Shown here: in pieces, positions 35,634 to 45,659 of the stretch
Layout of the letters: the number at the start of each line of letters is the position of its first letter
How positions within the stretch are numbered: the first letter of the stretch is position 1
Assembly (NCBI GenBank): GCA_015351705.1
Contig: JADIIM010000058.1
Location: 2,011 to 66,010 of the forward strand
From: Aeromicrobium sp.
GTDB lineage: Bacteria; Actinomycetota; Coriobacteriia; Anaerosomatales; Anaerosomataceae
Direction: 5' to 3'
Length of the DNA: 64,000 nucleotides
Translations under genes and position numbers: made by a program
The notes under the pieces: generated by a model
Told to the model about the DNA's origin: nothing
Seen by the model: only the letters and a program-made list of their open reading frames with translations
The model's database searches: none

Positions 35634-36989
35634 CTAACCGATCAGGCCCTGGATGAGCGGCAGGATGAACGCCAGCACGAAGGCAGCGCTCACGATGTAC
35701 ATCAGCCAGTGGATGTCACGGGCCTTGCCGTGCAGGATCTTGATGATCACGAAGCTGATGAAGCCAAGCCCGATACCGTAGCTGATGTTGTAGGTCAGCG
35801 GGATGCCGACGAGCGTCATGAACGCGGGGAAGGCCTCCTCGAACTCGGCCCACGGGATGTCGCGCACCGTCTGCATCATCAGAAAGCCGACGATGATGAG
35901 CGCCCCAGCGGTGATAGCGGGGGCCTGTGCGACCATGCCGATGACCGGTGCGAAGAACGCGGCGAGCGCGAACATGATGCCCGTCACGATCGGCGTGAGC
36001 CCGGTACGTCCGCCGTCGGCGACGCCGGAAGCGGACTCAATGTACGTGGTGATGGAACTCGCACCGAACAGGCCGCCGATCGCGGCTGCGATCGAGTCGA
36101 CCGCAAGGATGTTGCGGATGCCCGGGACCTTGCCCTTCTCGTCCACGAAGCCGGCCTGCTCGCCGACGGCGACGACGGTTCCCATGGTGTCGAAGAAGTC
36201 GGTGAGCATGACGGCGAAGACGAAGAGGAGCAGCGTGGGGGTGAAGACCTGGAGCAAGGCGATGGAGCTCGTGCCCTCAGGGGTCTGGAACGGTGCGAAG
36301 AACGTGCGGAAGTCGGGGGCGGCGAGGACCTCGGTGGGAAGCGCTGTGACCTTGAAGATCAGAGCGGCGACGGTCGCCGTGACGATGCCCCACAGGATGT
36401 CACCCTTGATCTTGAGCGCGATGAACGCGAATGTGGCGATCAGTCCGATCAGGGTGACCCACACGGCAGGCTGCGAGAAATCCCCGAGTGCGACGAGGGT
36501 CGCGTCGTCGGCAACCACGAGTCCACCGCCCTTGAGGCCGATGAACGTGATGAACAGGCCGATGCCGACGCCGATGGCGCGCTTCAGGTTCAGCGGGATG
36601 GCATCCATGACCGCTTCGCGCAGGCCGGTCATCACCAGCAGCAGGATGATGATGCCCTCGAGGAAGATGACCGACATACCGACCTGCCAGGGTACGCCCA
36701 CCCCGATGATGATGCCGAACGCGACGACGGCGTTCAGGCCCATGCCGGAAGCGAGGGCGAGCGGTCGGTTTGAGACAAGGCCCATCACAACGCACATCAA
36801 CGCCGCGCCGAGCGCCGTGGCGGTGGCCAGTGCCGGGATCCACTCGGCCCCCGACTCACCGAAAGCGGCGGAGAGGAGGCCGGGGTTCACGAAGACGATG
36901 TAGGCCATCGTCATGAACGTCGTGATACCCGCGATCACCTCTGTCCGCAGGTTCGTGCCACGCTCAGAGAACTTGAAGAAACCCTCCAT
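35634..36989 (-). CDS. Purine (adenine/guanine/hypoxanthine) permease, AzgA/PbuG-type NCS2 family
   Basis: ORF trimmed to the ATG at 36989. Sequence FKFSERGTNLRTEVIAGITTFMTMAYIVFVNPG. Confidence 0.85.
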   Translation of the reverse strand: MEGFFKFSERGTNLRTEVIAGITTFMTMAYIVFVNPGLLSAAFGESGAEWIPALATATALGAALMCVVMGLVSNRPLALASGMGLNAVVAFGIIIGVGVPWQVGMSVIFLEGIIILLLVMTGLREAVMDAIPLNLKRAIGVGIGLFITFIGLKGGGLVVADDATLVALGDFSQPAVWVTLIGLIATFAFIALKIKGDILWGIVTATVAALIFKVTALPTEVLAAPDFRTFFAPFQTPEGTSSIALLQVFTPTLLLFVFAVMLTDFFDTMGTVVAVGEQAGFVDEKGKVPGIRNILAVDSIAAAIGGLFGASSITTYIESASGVADGGRTGLTPIVTGIMFALAAFFAPVIGMVAQAPAITAGALIIVGFLMMQTVRDIPWAEFEEAFPAFMTLVGIPLTYNISYGIGLGFISFVIIKILHGKARDIHWLMYIVSAAFVLAFILPLIQGLIG

Positions 36990-37229
36990 AACATCAGCCT
37001 TTCGTGTCCGTGGTCCGTTGTCGGTCTCGGGCGGCGGGTCGGAAGGCCGATCGCGCCGTGCGCCCGCTATCCGGTGACTGCCATCCCCCCTTTCAGGTGA
37101 GTGCACGCAAGGGGTCTTCCCTGGGCGGTGACAGATGGGATCGTAAGAGGGCACCTGAGTGCGCGGGGCGTGGCGGGCACGTCATGGGTGAGCATGTGGA
37201 GGGCCGCCACGGCGGTGTGAGCGGCCCGT

Positions 37230-37661
37230 CTACAGACCCGTGCTGCCAAAGCCGCCCTCTCCTCGCGCTGTCTCGTCGAGAGTCTCGACCTCGGTCACGT
37301 CGGCACGCTCCACACGCTGGATGACGAGCTGTGCGATCCGGTCCCCACGCTGTATCGAAAGCTCCTCGACCGGGTCGAGGTTGATGGCGATGACCTTGAT
37401 CTCGCCACGGTAGTGGCTGTCGATGAGCCCCGGAGTGTTGACGAAAGAAAGGCCCCGCTTGAGAGCGAGGCCGCTACGGGGTTGGACGAAGCCCGCGCAT
37501 CCCGACGGGAGCGCGACGGCGATGCCGGTTCGGACCAGAGCGCGCTGGAACGGCCGGAGCGTGATGTCCTCGGCAGCATAGAGGTCGAGTCCCGCGTCTC
37601 CATCGTGCGCATACGCTGGGAGCGGGAGGCCATCGTCGAGGCGGAGTATGCGCAGCAGCAT
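37230..37661 (-). CDS. dut: dUTP diphosphatase
   Basis: ORF trimmed to the ATG at 37661. Motifs [37 protein letters not shown]. Confidence 0.93.
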   Translation of the reverse strand: MLLRILRLDDGLPLPAYAHDGDAGLDLYAAEDITLRPFQRALVRTGIAVALPSGCAGFVQPRSGLALKRGLSFVNTPGLIDSHYRGEIKVIAINLDPVEELSIQRGDRIAQLVIQRVERADVTEVETLDETARGEGGFGSTGL

Positions 37662-37671
37662 CGGGGTCCTC

Positions 37672-37917
37672 TCAGTTCGCGAGCAGCGCTCGCAACTCGG
37701 CCACCCCGGGCAACGTGCCACGCCATGCCGCGACTTCGCGTCCGCCGGAATCGACCACCACCATGGATGGGGTCCGGTCGATCCCGTGAGCAGATGCGGC
37801 GGCCAGACCGTCCATCTCGCTCAGGCTGTACACGGTCAGGTCGCCGAGGTCGGCGAAAGCGTGGGCGGTGACATCGTGGGCAGGGCCGCCATCGGACACG
37901 AACAGCTTGACCTGCAT
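37672..37917 (-). CDS. Thioredoxin-fold protein (Thioredoxin_3/MTH895-like) lacking any cysteine
   Basis: The ATG at 37917 follows [26 protein letters not shown]...[32 protein letters not shown] follows the small redox-protein layout, but the GCxxC position reads GGPAH. Confidence 0.55.
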   Translation of the reverse strand: MQVKLFVSDGGPAHDVTAHAFADLGDLTVYSLSEMDGLAAASAHGIDRTPSMVVVDSGGREVAAWRGTLPGVAELRALLAN

Positions 37918-37983
37918 CGACCTCACCTCCTGCGTGGGACGGTCTCGAAACCTGGCACTTACCGCTGCCGCCATTCCTGGCGG

Positions 37984-38430
37984 TCACCCCAGTCTCTTCA
38001 GCTCGGCGGTGAAGCCATCAAGGTCGCTGAACTCCTTGTAGACCGAGGCGAATCTGATGTAGGCGACCTTGTCCATATCCAGCAGCCGCCTCAAGACCAT
38101 GTCGCCGAGTTGCTTGGCGGTGATCTCGTACTGCATCGCGTTGTGCAGCTCCGACTCGATGTCATCGATGAGCGCCTCGAGCATCGAGCTCGACACGGGC
38201 CGCTTCGCGGTCGCGACCACCAGTCCGCGCAGCAGCTTGCCGCGCTCGAACGGCTCGGTAGAGCCGTCCTTCTTGACCACCATCAGGGGCATTTCTTCGC
38301 GACGCTCGTACGTGGTGAACCGCTTGGCGCACGCTAGACACTCGCGCCGTCGCCTGATGGCGTCTTGTGACTCGGAGTCACGCGAGTCCACGACCTTCGT
38401 CTCGTTGTGACCGCAGAACGGGCACCGCAT
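37984..38430 (-). CDS. nrdR: Transcriptional repressor NrdR (zinc ribbon + ATP-cone)
   Basis: MRCPFCGHNETKVVDSRDSE..RRRRECLACAKRFTTYER. ORF trimmed to the ATG at 38430. Confidence 0.95.
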   Translation of the reverse strand: MRCPFCGHNETKVVDSRDSESQDAIRRRRECLACAKRFTTYERREEMPLMVVKKDGSTEPFERGKLLRGLVVATAKRPVSSSMLEALIDDIESELHNAMQYEITAKQLGDMVLRRLLDMDKVAYIRFASVYKEFSDLDGFTAELKRLG

Positions 38431-38461
38431 GAGAGTCACCCCCACATGTAGGTCATGCTGC

Positions 38462-38490
38462 ACGTTAGCACACAACATATGGGGTGACAA
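38462..38490 (-). promoter_or_regulatory. Candidate nrdR promoter (TTGTCA-17 nt-TAACGT) with an NrdR-box-like imperfect palindrome in the spacer
   Basis: On the minus strand, the -35 is at 38485-38490 and the -10 at 38462-38467. ACACAACATATGGGGT at 38470-38485 matches 13 of 16 positions of the acaCwAtATaTwGtgt consensus as I recall it. Confidence 0.35.
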
Positions 38491-38507
38491 TCATGAGAAT
38501 GATGAGT

Positions 38508-38527
38508 GCGTCGCGGCGCTGCGACGC
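38508..38527 (-). terminator. Hairpin GCGTCGC-6 nt-GCGACGC downstream of the LysM gene
   Basis: The 7-bp GC stem is followed on the minus strand by a partly T-rich tract. Confidence 0.4.
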
Positions 38528-38576
38528 GCAACAGCGACGTGCTGAGCTGGGGAGATGTCGGAGTCGCGTGGTGCCC

Positions 38577-38918
38577 TCAGCGCTGCGCAACGGCCTCCGC
38601 GACAGGTGAGACGTATGGCACCTGGAGGGACTGGCCGACAAGCACGACTGCAGACTCGAGGCCGTTATGCGCGCGGATCGCCGCCACGGTTTCAGCGGTG
38701 GACAGGCCCGGGACCGGATTGGAGCGGGCGATGTCCCACAGGGTTGCGTTCTCGGGAACGGTGACGGCGGCCCAGCCGGCGGGGTCCGGTGCTGTGGGTG
38801 TGAGGGCCGCGGTGACCCCCGCTACCACGAGACACACTGCACAGATGCCGAGCAACGCGATGTCGGTGAGGTGGCTCTCGGTCGTGCCGCTGGCACGGCG
38901 TGTGCGGTTCGACTGCAT
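38577..38918 (-). CDS. Membrane-anchored LysM-domain protein (position equivalent to mycobacterial SOS-induced ChiZ/Rv2719c)
   Basis: TM helix IALLGICAVCLVVAGV, then LysM-like VPENATLWDIARSN..TVAAIRAHNGLESAVVLVGQSLQVP. It is divergent from lexA and shares the SOS boxes. Confidence 0.75.
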   Translation of the reverse strand: MQSNRTRRASGTTESHLTDIALLGICAVCLVVAGVTAALTPTAPDPAGWAAVTVPENATLWDIARSNPVPGLSTAETVAAIRAHNGLESAVVLVGQSLQVPYVSPVAEAVAQR

Positions 38919-39007
38919 CGCGCTCCCCTTCCGTTCCCCTGGTCATTGAGGAGATCGTAGTCGGCGGGTCTGACATCGCTCCGTAGAGCCGGCCCTTGAT
39001 CGGCGGA

Positions 39008-39025
39008 TACGAACACGTGTTCGTA
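39008..39025. promoter_or_regulatory. LexA (SOS/Cheo) box 1: TACGAACACGTGTTCGTA
   Basis: Perfect 18-bp palindrome containing CGAAC-N4-GTTCG, in the lexA/LysM divergent intergenic region. Confidence 0.8.
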
Positions 39026-39037
39026 CCGTTACGATAG

Positions 39038-39051
39038 CGAACAGATGTTCG
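39038..39051. promoter_or_regulatory. LexA (SOS/Cheo) box 2: CGAACAGATGTTCG
   Basis: A CGAAC-N4-GTTCG sequence 13 nt after box 1. Confidence 0.8.
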
Positions 39052-39187
39052 TATGTCAACGTGTGGTGGCGGCTCGCGCGTGGCTTCACGTCTCCCGCAT
39101 GAACGTGGATGCGAACATGTGTTTGCACGTCCGTGTCCGCTGCCGTACACTCGCAGATGGAGTGTCATTCCGACGCAGGGGGTTCTG

Positions 39188-39820
39188 ATGGCCTACAAGC
39201 GCGAACTCACAGCGCGTCAGCGGGAGATCCTGGACTTCATCCGGGCCGAGATCCATCGGCGTGGGTTCCCCCCGTCGGTGCGCGAGATCGGCGAGGCGGT
39301 CGGCCTTTCCTCGTCCTCCACGGTCCACTCGCATCTGGCCGCCCTGGAGACGAAGGGTCTACTCAGGCGGGATCCGTCCAAGCCGCGCGCACTGGAAGTC
39401 CTCGACTACCGTGACACGGAGCGCGGAGTGGACTACGAGAACGTGCAGGCCGTCCCACTGGTGGGATCCGTGGCCGCCGGCGCTCCGATTCTTGCTGCCG
39501 AGAACATCGAGGCCACACTGCCACTCCCCTCGTCGTTCGCCGGTGAGGAGACGTTCATCCTTCGCGTCAAGGGCGACAGCATGGTGGAGGCCGGGATCCT
39601 CGACGGCGACTACGTGGTTGTGCGCCAGCAGCGCACGGCAGTCAATGGCGATATCGTGGTCGCGATGATCAACGAGGAAGCGACGGTCAAGCGGTTCTTC
39701 AAAGAGGGTGACCGCATCAGGCTGCAGCCCGAGAACGCTGCGCTCGAACCCATATACGCGGACGAGCACGTCGATTTCGCGGTGCTCGGCAAGGTCGTCG
39801 CGTTGTTCAGGCGCATCTAG
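39188..39820 (+). CDS. lexA: LexA repressor
   Basis: ORF trimmed to the ATG at 39188. Sequence [44 protein letters not shown]. Contains the cleavage and catalytic motifs VKGDSM and TVKRF. Confidence 0.95.
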   Translation: MAYKRELTARQREILDFIRAEIHRRGFPPSVREIGEAVGLSSSSTVHSHLAALETKGLLRRDPSKPRALEVLDYRDTERGVDYENVQAVPLVGSVAAGAPILAAENIEATLPLPSSFAGEETFILRVKGDSMVEAGILDGDYVVVRQQRTAVNGDIVVAMINEEATVKRFFKEGDRIRLQPENAALEPIYADEHVDFAVLGKVVALFRRI

Positions 39821-39878
39821 TACGGCGGCAGCGGTCAGTCGGCGGGTCGCCGGACCGCCCTCTCGGACCGATCATCGG

Positions 39879-41225
<1,347 letters not shown>

Positions 41226-41240
41226 GGGCTGTCTGGGCTC

Positions 41241-42410
41241 CTAGAGTGCGTTCTTGATACGTTCGAGCGCCTCGGTGAGGCGGTCGTCGGGCGTGGCCAG
41301 CGAGATGCGGATGTACCCCTCGCCATCTGGTCCGTAGGCGTTGCCCGGCGCCACGATCACGCCGGCCTTGTCCAGCACGAGACCGGCGTATTCGGCAGAG
41401 GTGTAGCCCTCCGGGATGCGTGCCCAGACATAGATGGTGCCCTTGGGCGTGCGCGCGGACAGGCCGATCGATTCGAGCGCGTCCATGACGAGGTCGCGCC
41501 GACGCTGGTACAGGGCGCTCATCTCGACGACGTCGTCCTGCGGGCCGAGCATCGCCTCGATGGCCGCGTCCTGGACGGCGGTGAAGATGCCCGAGTCCAC
41601 GTTGCTCTTCACCGTGCCGAGCGCCCTGATCGCCTCGGCGTTGCCAGCGGCGAACGCGACACGCCAGCCGGTCATGTTGTACGCCTTCGAGCAGCTGAAG
41701 AGCTCGATCGCCACATCCCGCGCCCCGGGGCGCTCAAGGATGCTCGGCGGACGGTAGCCGTCGAAGCCGATCTCCGAGTATGCGTTGTCGTGGACGAGCA
41801 GGATGTCGTGCTCGCGGGCGAACGCGATGGCACGGTCGAAGTACTCCGGCGTCGCGATGGCTGAGGACGGGTTGTTGGGATAGCTCAGGAACATCATCTT
41901 GGCGCGTGCGAGCACGTCGGCGGGCGTGGACTCGAAGTCGGCGAGCCAGTCGTTGCCGTCGTTCATCGGCATCCAGTGGGTCTGGCCGCCGATGAGGATG
42001 CCGCCGGTGTGGTACACCGGATAGCCGACGCCCGGGACGAGCGTGACGTCGTCGACGTCGATGAACGCCGGGAAGAGGTGCGCGATGCCCTCCTTGCTGC
42101 CGATGAGCGCGAGGACCTCGGTGGCGGGGTCGAGATCCACGCCGAAGCGGCGGCGCATCCACTCGGCGCACGCCTCACGATACGGCCCGGAGCCGGCGTA
42201 CGCCGGATACTGGTGGTTCTTCGGGTCACGGATGGCGGCGGCCATCGCGTCCACGATGCGCTCCGGGGTGGGCATGTCGGGGTCACCGATGCCGAGCGAG
42301 ATGACGTCGACGCCCTCCGCGATCTTGGCCGCCTTCTTACGGTCGATCTCGGCGAACAGGTACGGCGGCAGGTTGGCCATGCGGCTGGCGGTCCTCACGG
42401 GCGTGTTCAT
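41241..42410 (-). CDS. dapL: LL-diaminopimelate aminotransferase-type class I aminotransferase
   Basis: LPPYLFAEIDRKK..ISLGIGDPDMPTP and the PLP-lysine context SCSKAYNMTGWR. It lies immediately upstream of dapF. Confidence 0.75.
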   Translation of the reverse strand: MNTPVRTASRMANLPPYLFAEIDRKKAAKIAEGVDVISLGIGDPDMPTPERIVDAMAAAIRDPKNHQYPAYAGSGPYREACAEWMRRRFGVDLDPATEVLALIGSKEGIAHLFPAFIDVDDVTLVPGVGYPVYHTGGILIGGQTHWMPMNDGNDWLADFESTPADVLARAKMMFLSYPNNPSSAIATPEYFDRAIAFAREHDILLVHDNAYSEIGFDGYRPPSILERPGARDVAIELFSCSKAYNMTGWRVAFAAGNAEAIRALGTVKSNVDSGIFTAVQDAAIEAMLGPQDDVVEMSALYQRRRDLVMDALESIGLSARTPKGTIYVWARIPEGYTSAEYAGLVLDKAGVIVAPGNAYGPDGEGYIRISLATPDDRLTEALERIKNAL

Positions 42411-42452
42411 CTCCTTCGGTACGGGCGGGTGCTTCGGGACATGGTAGCAGAG

Positions 42453-43319
42453 TCAGTCGTCATCTTCCGGCAGTGTCACCGTGCCGACGAACGAGGTGGC
42501 GGCCGAGCCGGTCATATAGACGCGGTCGTTCTCGTGCCACCTGATGAGGAGGTCGCCACCGGGGAGCTCGATGGTGGCCTGACGTCCCGTGCGGCATGAC
42601 AGCACCGCAGCCACGAGCGTGGCGCACGCGCCTGTGCCGCACGCGAGCGTCTCCCCCACCCCGCGCTCCCACACGCGCAGCCGGATGTGCTCGGCATCCA
42701 CGAACTCGGCGAACTCCACGTTGGTGTGTCGCGGGAACGCCTCGTGCGTCTCGACCAGCGGGCCGAGCGTGTGGACCGGCGCCTCGTCGATGTCATCGAC
42801 CCAGATGATCGCGTGCGGGTTGCCCATGCTCACGGCCGTGATGCGGACCTCGCCGAGCGGCGTGTCGATCGGGCAGTCGTAGACCTGGGTCCCGCTGAAC
42901 GTCGTGGGGATATCCTCAGGCGCGAGGATCGGTTCACCCATGTCCACCGTGGCCGAGTCGAGCAGCCCGTCCTCATCGCGTGTGAACGTGACCGGCTTGA
43001 GGCCACCGAGTGTCTCGATGACGAGCGAGTCCGCATCGGCGGGTACCAGACCGTGATCCACGATGTACTTCGCGAAGCAGCGAGCACCGTTGCCACACAT
43101 CTCGGCGAGCGAGCCGTCGGCGTTATGGTAGTGCATGTAGTAGTCGGCCTCGGGCGTGGTGGCCCGGCGGACCAGGATGAGCCCGTCGCCCCCGATCCCG
43201 AAATGCCGGTCGCAGAACCACTGGACAGCTTCGGGCGCGAAGTCGAGCGTTCCGTCGAGGTCCTCGATCATGACGAAGTCGTTGCCAAGCCCGTTCATCT
43301 TGGTGAACGTGAGTTCCAC
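42453..43319 (-). CDS. dapF: Diaminopimelate epimerase
   Basis: FTKMNGLGNDF, with catalytic cysteines in MCGNGARC and LACGTGA. Confidence 0.95.
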   Translation of the reverse strand: MELTFTKMNGLGNDFVMIEDLDGTLDFAPEAVQWFCDRHFGIGGDGLILVRRATTPEADYYMHYHNADGSLAEMCGNGARCFAKYIVDHGLVPADADSLVIETLGGLKPVTFTRDEDGLLDSATVDMGEPILAPEDIPTTFSGTQVYDCPIDTPLGEVRITAVSMGNPHAIIWVDDIDEAPVHTLGPLVETHEAFPRHTNVEFAEFVDAEHIRLRVWERGVGETLACGTGACATLVAAVLSCRTGRQATIELPGGDLLIRWHENDRVYMTGSAATSFVGTVTLPEDDD

Positions 43320-43334
43320 GATCGGCCTCCCCCA

Positions 43335-44276
43335 TCAGGTGTGTGCAGACGATTCTAGCAGGTCGAGTGCGGCCAGCAGGACCGCAGGGGCGTCCATGCC
43401 GGTCACATCGAGCCACACGATGCGTGGGTCGGCCCGGAACCAGGTGAGCTGGCGTTTGGCGTACCTGCGGGTCGCCTGCTTGACCGCGGCCACGGCCTCT
43501 TCGACCGGCGCGCCGTCTTCGATGACCGGGACGAACTCCTTGTAGCCGATGGCCTGGGTTGCGGTGAGCGCATCGCGGAGCCCCTGATCGAGCAGAGCCC
43601 GGACCTCGTCCAGAAGTCCGGCGTCGAGCATCGCATCCACACGGCGGTCGATGCGCGCGTACAGCTCGGAGCGGTCCATCGTCAGTCCGATCGCCATCGT
43701 TCCGGGATAGTGGTACGTCCGCTCGGCGGGTGGCGTGGCCGCCTCGGCGTAAGAAACTTCCGCTTCGAGCATCTCCAGCGCGCGAACGACGCGGCGCGTG
43801 TTGTTGGGATGGATGAGCGCTGCCGAGCGCGGGTCGAGGCGCGCGAGCTCGGCATGGAGCGCCTGGCTGCCGATCTGCTCGGCCCGGCGTTCGAGTTCAT
43901 CTCGAACGGGTGTGGACAGATCACCCGGGGGGAATGCCATGCCCTCGTCGAGCGCGGCGCGCACGTACAGTCCCGTGCCGCCGGCAAGAACCGCGAGCCG
44001 GTCCCGGGCGAGAAGCGACTCGATGGCACGGCGTGCGTCGCGCTGGTAGCAGGCGACCGAGTATGCGTCCCCGGGTGTGACCAGGTCGAGGCAGTGGTGA
44101 GCGACGCGCCGCTGTGCCGCAGGGGTCTTGGCCGTGCCGATGTCCATCCCCCGGTAGACCTGCATCGAGTCCGCGCTCACGACCTCGCCGCCGAGTGCGA
44201 CAGCAACGCCCTCGGCGACAGCACTCTTGCCGACAGCGGTGGGCCCTACGATCGCGACGATGCGTGGCACGGTCAT
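43335..44276 (-). CDS. miaA: tRNA dimethylallyltransferase
   Basis: P-loop IVGPTAVGKS, plus SADSMQVYRGMDIGTAK. Confidence 0.95.
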   Translation of the reverse strand: MTVPRIVAIVGPTAVGKSAVAEGVAVALGGEVVSADSMQVYRGMDIGTAKTPAAQRRVAHHCLDLVTPGDAYSVACYQRDARRAIESLLARDRLAVLAGGTGLYVRAALDEGMAFPPGDLSTPVRDELERRAEQIGSQALHAELARLDPRSAALIHPNNTRRVVRALEMLEAEVSYAEAATPPAERTYHYPGTMAIGLTMDRSELYARIDRRVDAMLDAGLLDEVRALLDQGLRDALTATQAIGYKEFVPVIEDGAPVEEAVAAVKQATRRYAKRQLTWFRADPRIVWLDVTGMDAPAVLLAALDLLESSAHT

Positions 44277-44279
44277 CGG

Positions 44280-45611
44280 CTAATGATACCGGTCCACCGA
44301 GAACCGCTCGATGGCGTACGGCTCATCAGGTGCGATGCCCGCTTTGCGCAGCGCGATGGCCACCTGCTCGTCGACCGCGTCGACCCCATCGAGGTCCGGC
44401 AGCAGCAGGCCGCGGCGCCTGCCGGCCGAGACGATCACGCCATACCTTCGTGGGTCCAGGTCTTCGCGAGCGGCCGGTTCCGGTGCGCCCAGGACGTCGA
44501 CCGAGATCTCCAGGTCGTCGAGCTCGTCGGGCGACAGTGACTCGAACCGCGGGTCGGCCGTCGCGGCGTGGATGGCGTTGCGGACGATCTCCTCGGCAAG
44601 CGTGTGACAGGTGGGCTCGATGGTGCCGATACAGCCGCGCAGCCCGCCGCCGCGGTGGAGGCTGACGAACGCGCCGGCGCGTTCGGCGAGGAGGCCTGTG
44701 GGCTCCGGGGGCGGGATCGTCCTGCCGGAGCGGACATAGGTCTCGATCGCTTCACGGGCGAGCGCGACGGGCGCGGAGGGCGCGTCTGCGGCAGACGCCG
44801 CTGAGCCGCCGACGATCGCGGTCAGATAGCCCACACCCCACGGTCCTTCGTATGCGAGGACCCGCGTAGGGCTCTCACCCTCCCCCATGAACCCGCCGAG
44901 GGCCACGAACGAGCGGAGACCACACTCGCCGGCGGCCTCGATCAGCCGGGGGTCCAGGCTGGCAAGCGCGTGGAAGTCGCCTCGCTCGATGAGCCCGACA
45001 AGGGCGGCGTCGAAGTCCGCGCCGCGCGGTGAGTAGCCGGCCGGCGCGTCAGGGGTCAGCCGGTGGCTGCAGTCGCCGCTCGCCACGAACGCGACACGAC
45101 GGCCGAGGTCGTCGGCGGCGCTGCGGACAGCCTCTCCCAGTACGCGGTGCTGCTCAAGCGGCACGAACGCGAGTGAGAGCACGACCACGCTTCGCCTGCT
45201 GTCACGGTCCAGGAAGTACAGGGGGACCATCGCGCCGTGATCGAGGACACCGGGGTCCAGGCGGGGGCTTTCGGAGCGCAGGTGTACGTTCAGCCCGCGG
45301 TCGGTGGCGCGTTCGGCGATCGCGCGGGCGAGCGTGCCGTCTCCCGTCGGCCGGAACGCGACCTGCGGCGCCCCGAACGCGCCGAGATCACCGGTCAGGC
45401 GGTCGGCGTCATCGACGAGGAGGGCGTCTCTCACGACGGGGGCGTGGGGCGACATGAGTACAAGCGTCTCGGGGTCGTAGCGGGCGATCTCGGCGGCGGC
45501 GGAATCGAGCGCTGCGAGGGTGTCGGCGGTCACGCGCGAGCGCTCTCCTCCCACCTCGGGCACGATGATCGGCGGATGCGGTGCGACGATCCCCAGCGGA
45601 CGGTCGATCAT
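44280..45611 (-). CDS. Fusion protein: LigB-superfamily (class III extradiol dioxygenase/Memo-like) domain + AMMECR1 domain
   Basis: The N-terminal half has [21 protein letters not shown] and ASGDCSH (LigB-type metal-site layout). The C-terminal half has [18 protein letters not shown] (the AMMECR1 RGCIG motif). Confidence 0.8.
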   Translation of the reverse strand: MIDRPLGIVAPHPPIIVPEVGGERSRVTADTLAALDSAAAEIARYDPETLVLMSPHAPVVRDALLVDDADRLTGDLGAFGAPQVAFRPTGDGTLARAIAERATDRGLNVHLRSESPRLDPGVLDHGAMVPLYFLDRDSRRSVVVLSLAFVPLEQHRVLGEAVRSAADDLGRRVAFVASGDCSHRLTPDAPAGYSPRGADFDAALVGLIERGDFHALASLDPRLIEAAGECGLRSFVALGGFMGEGESPTRVLAYEGPWGVGYLTAIVGGSAASAADAPSAPVALAREAIETYVRSGRTIPPPEPTGLLAERAGAFVSLHRGGGLRGCIGTIEPTCHTLAEEIVRNAIHAATADPRFESLSPDELDDLEISVDVLGAPEPAAREDLDPRRYGVIVSAGRRRGLLLPDLDGVDAVDEQVAIALRKAGIAPDEPYAIERFSVDRYH

Positions 45612-45659
45612 GACGGGTCACCTCCAGGCACCGTGTCCATTCCCGCGGCGGCGGTGAGG

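Noticed and set aside
35625-36773. 382-aa plus-strand ORF extremely rich in Asp/Glu/Arg/Gly
   Set aside because: It is antisense to the purine permease, whose translation has clear NCS2 motifs. This is a high-GC shadow ORF.
36990-37229. Classical guanine/adenine riboswitch upstream of the purine permease
   Set aside because: I could not find the conserved junction and loop sequences of the purine aptamer on the minus strand. It is kept only as an unexplained-leader finding.
38438-38453. Second NrdR box at helical-phase distance from the first
   Set aside because: The sequence at the expected spacing (ACCCCCACATGTAGGT) matches too few consensus positions. The single-box call is therefore kept at low confidence.
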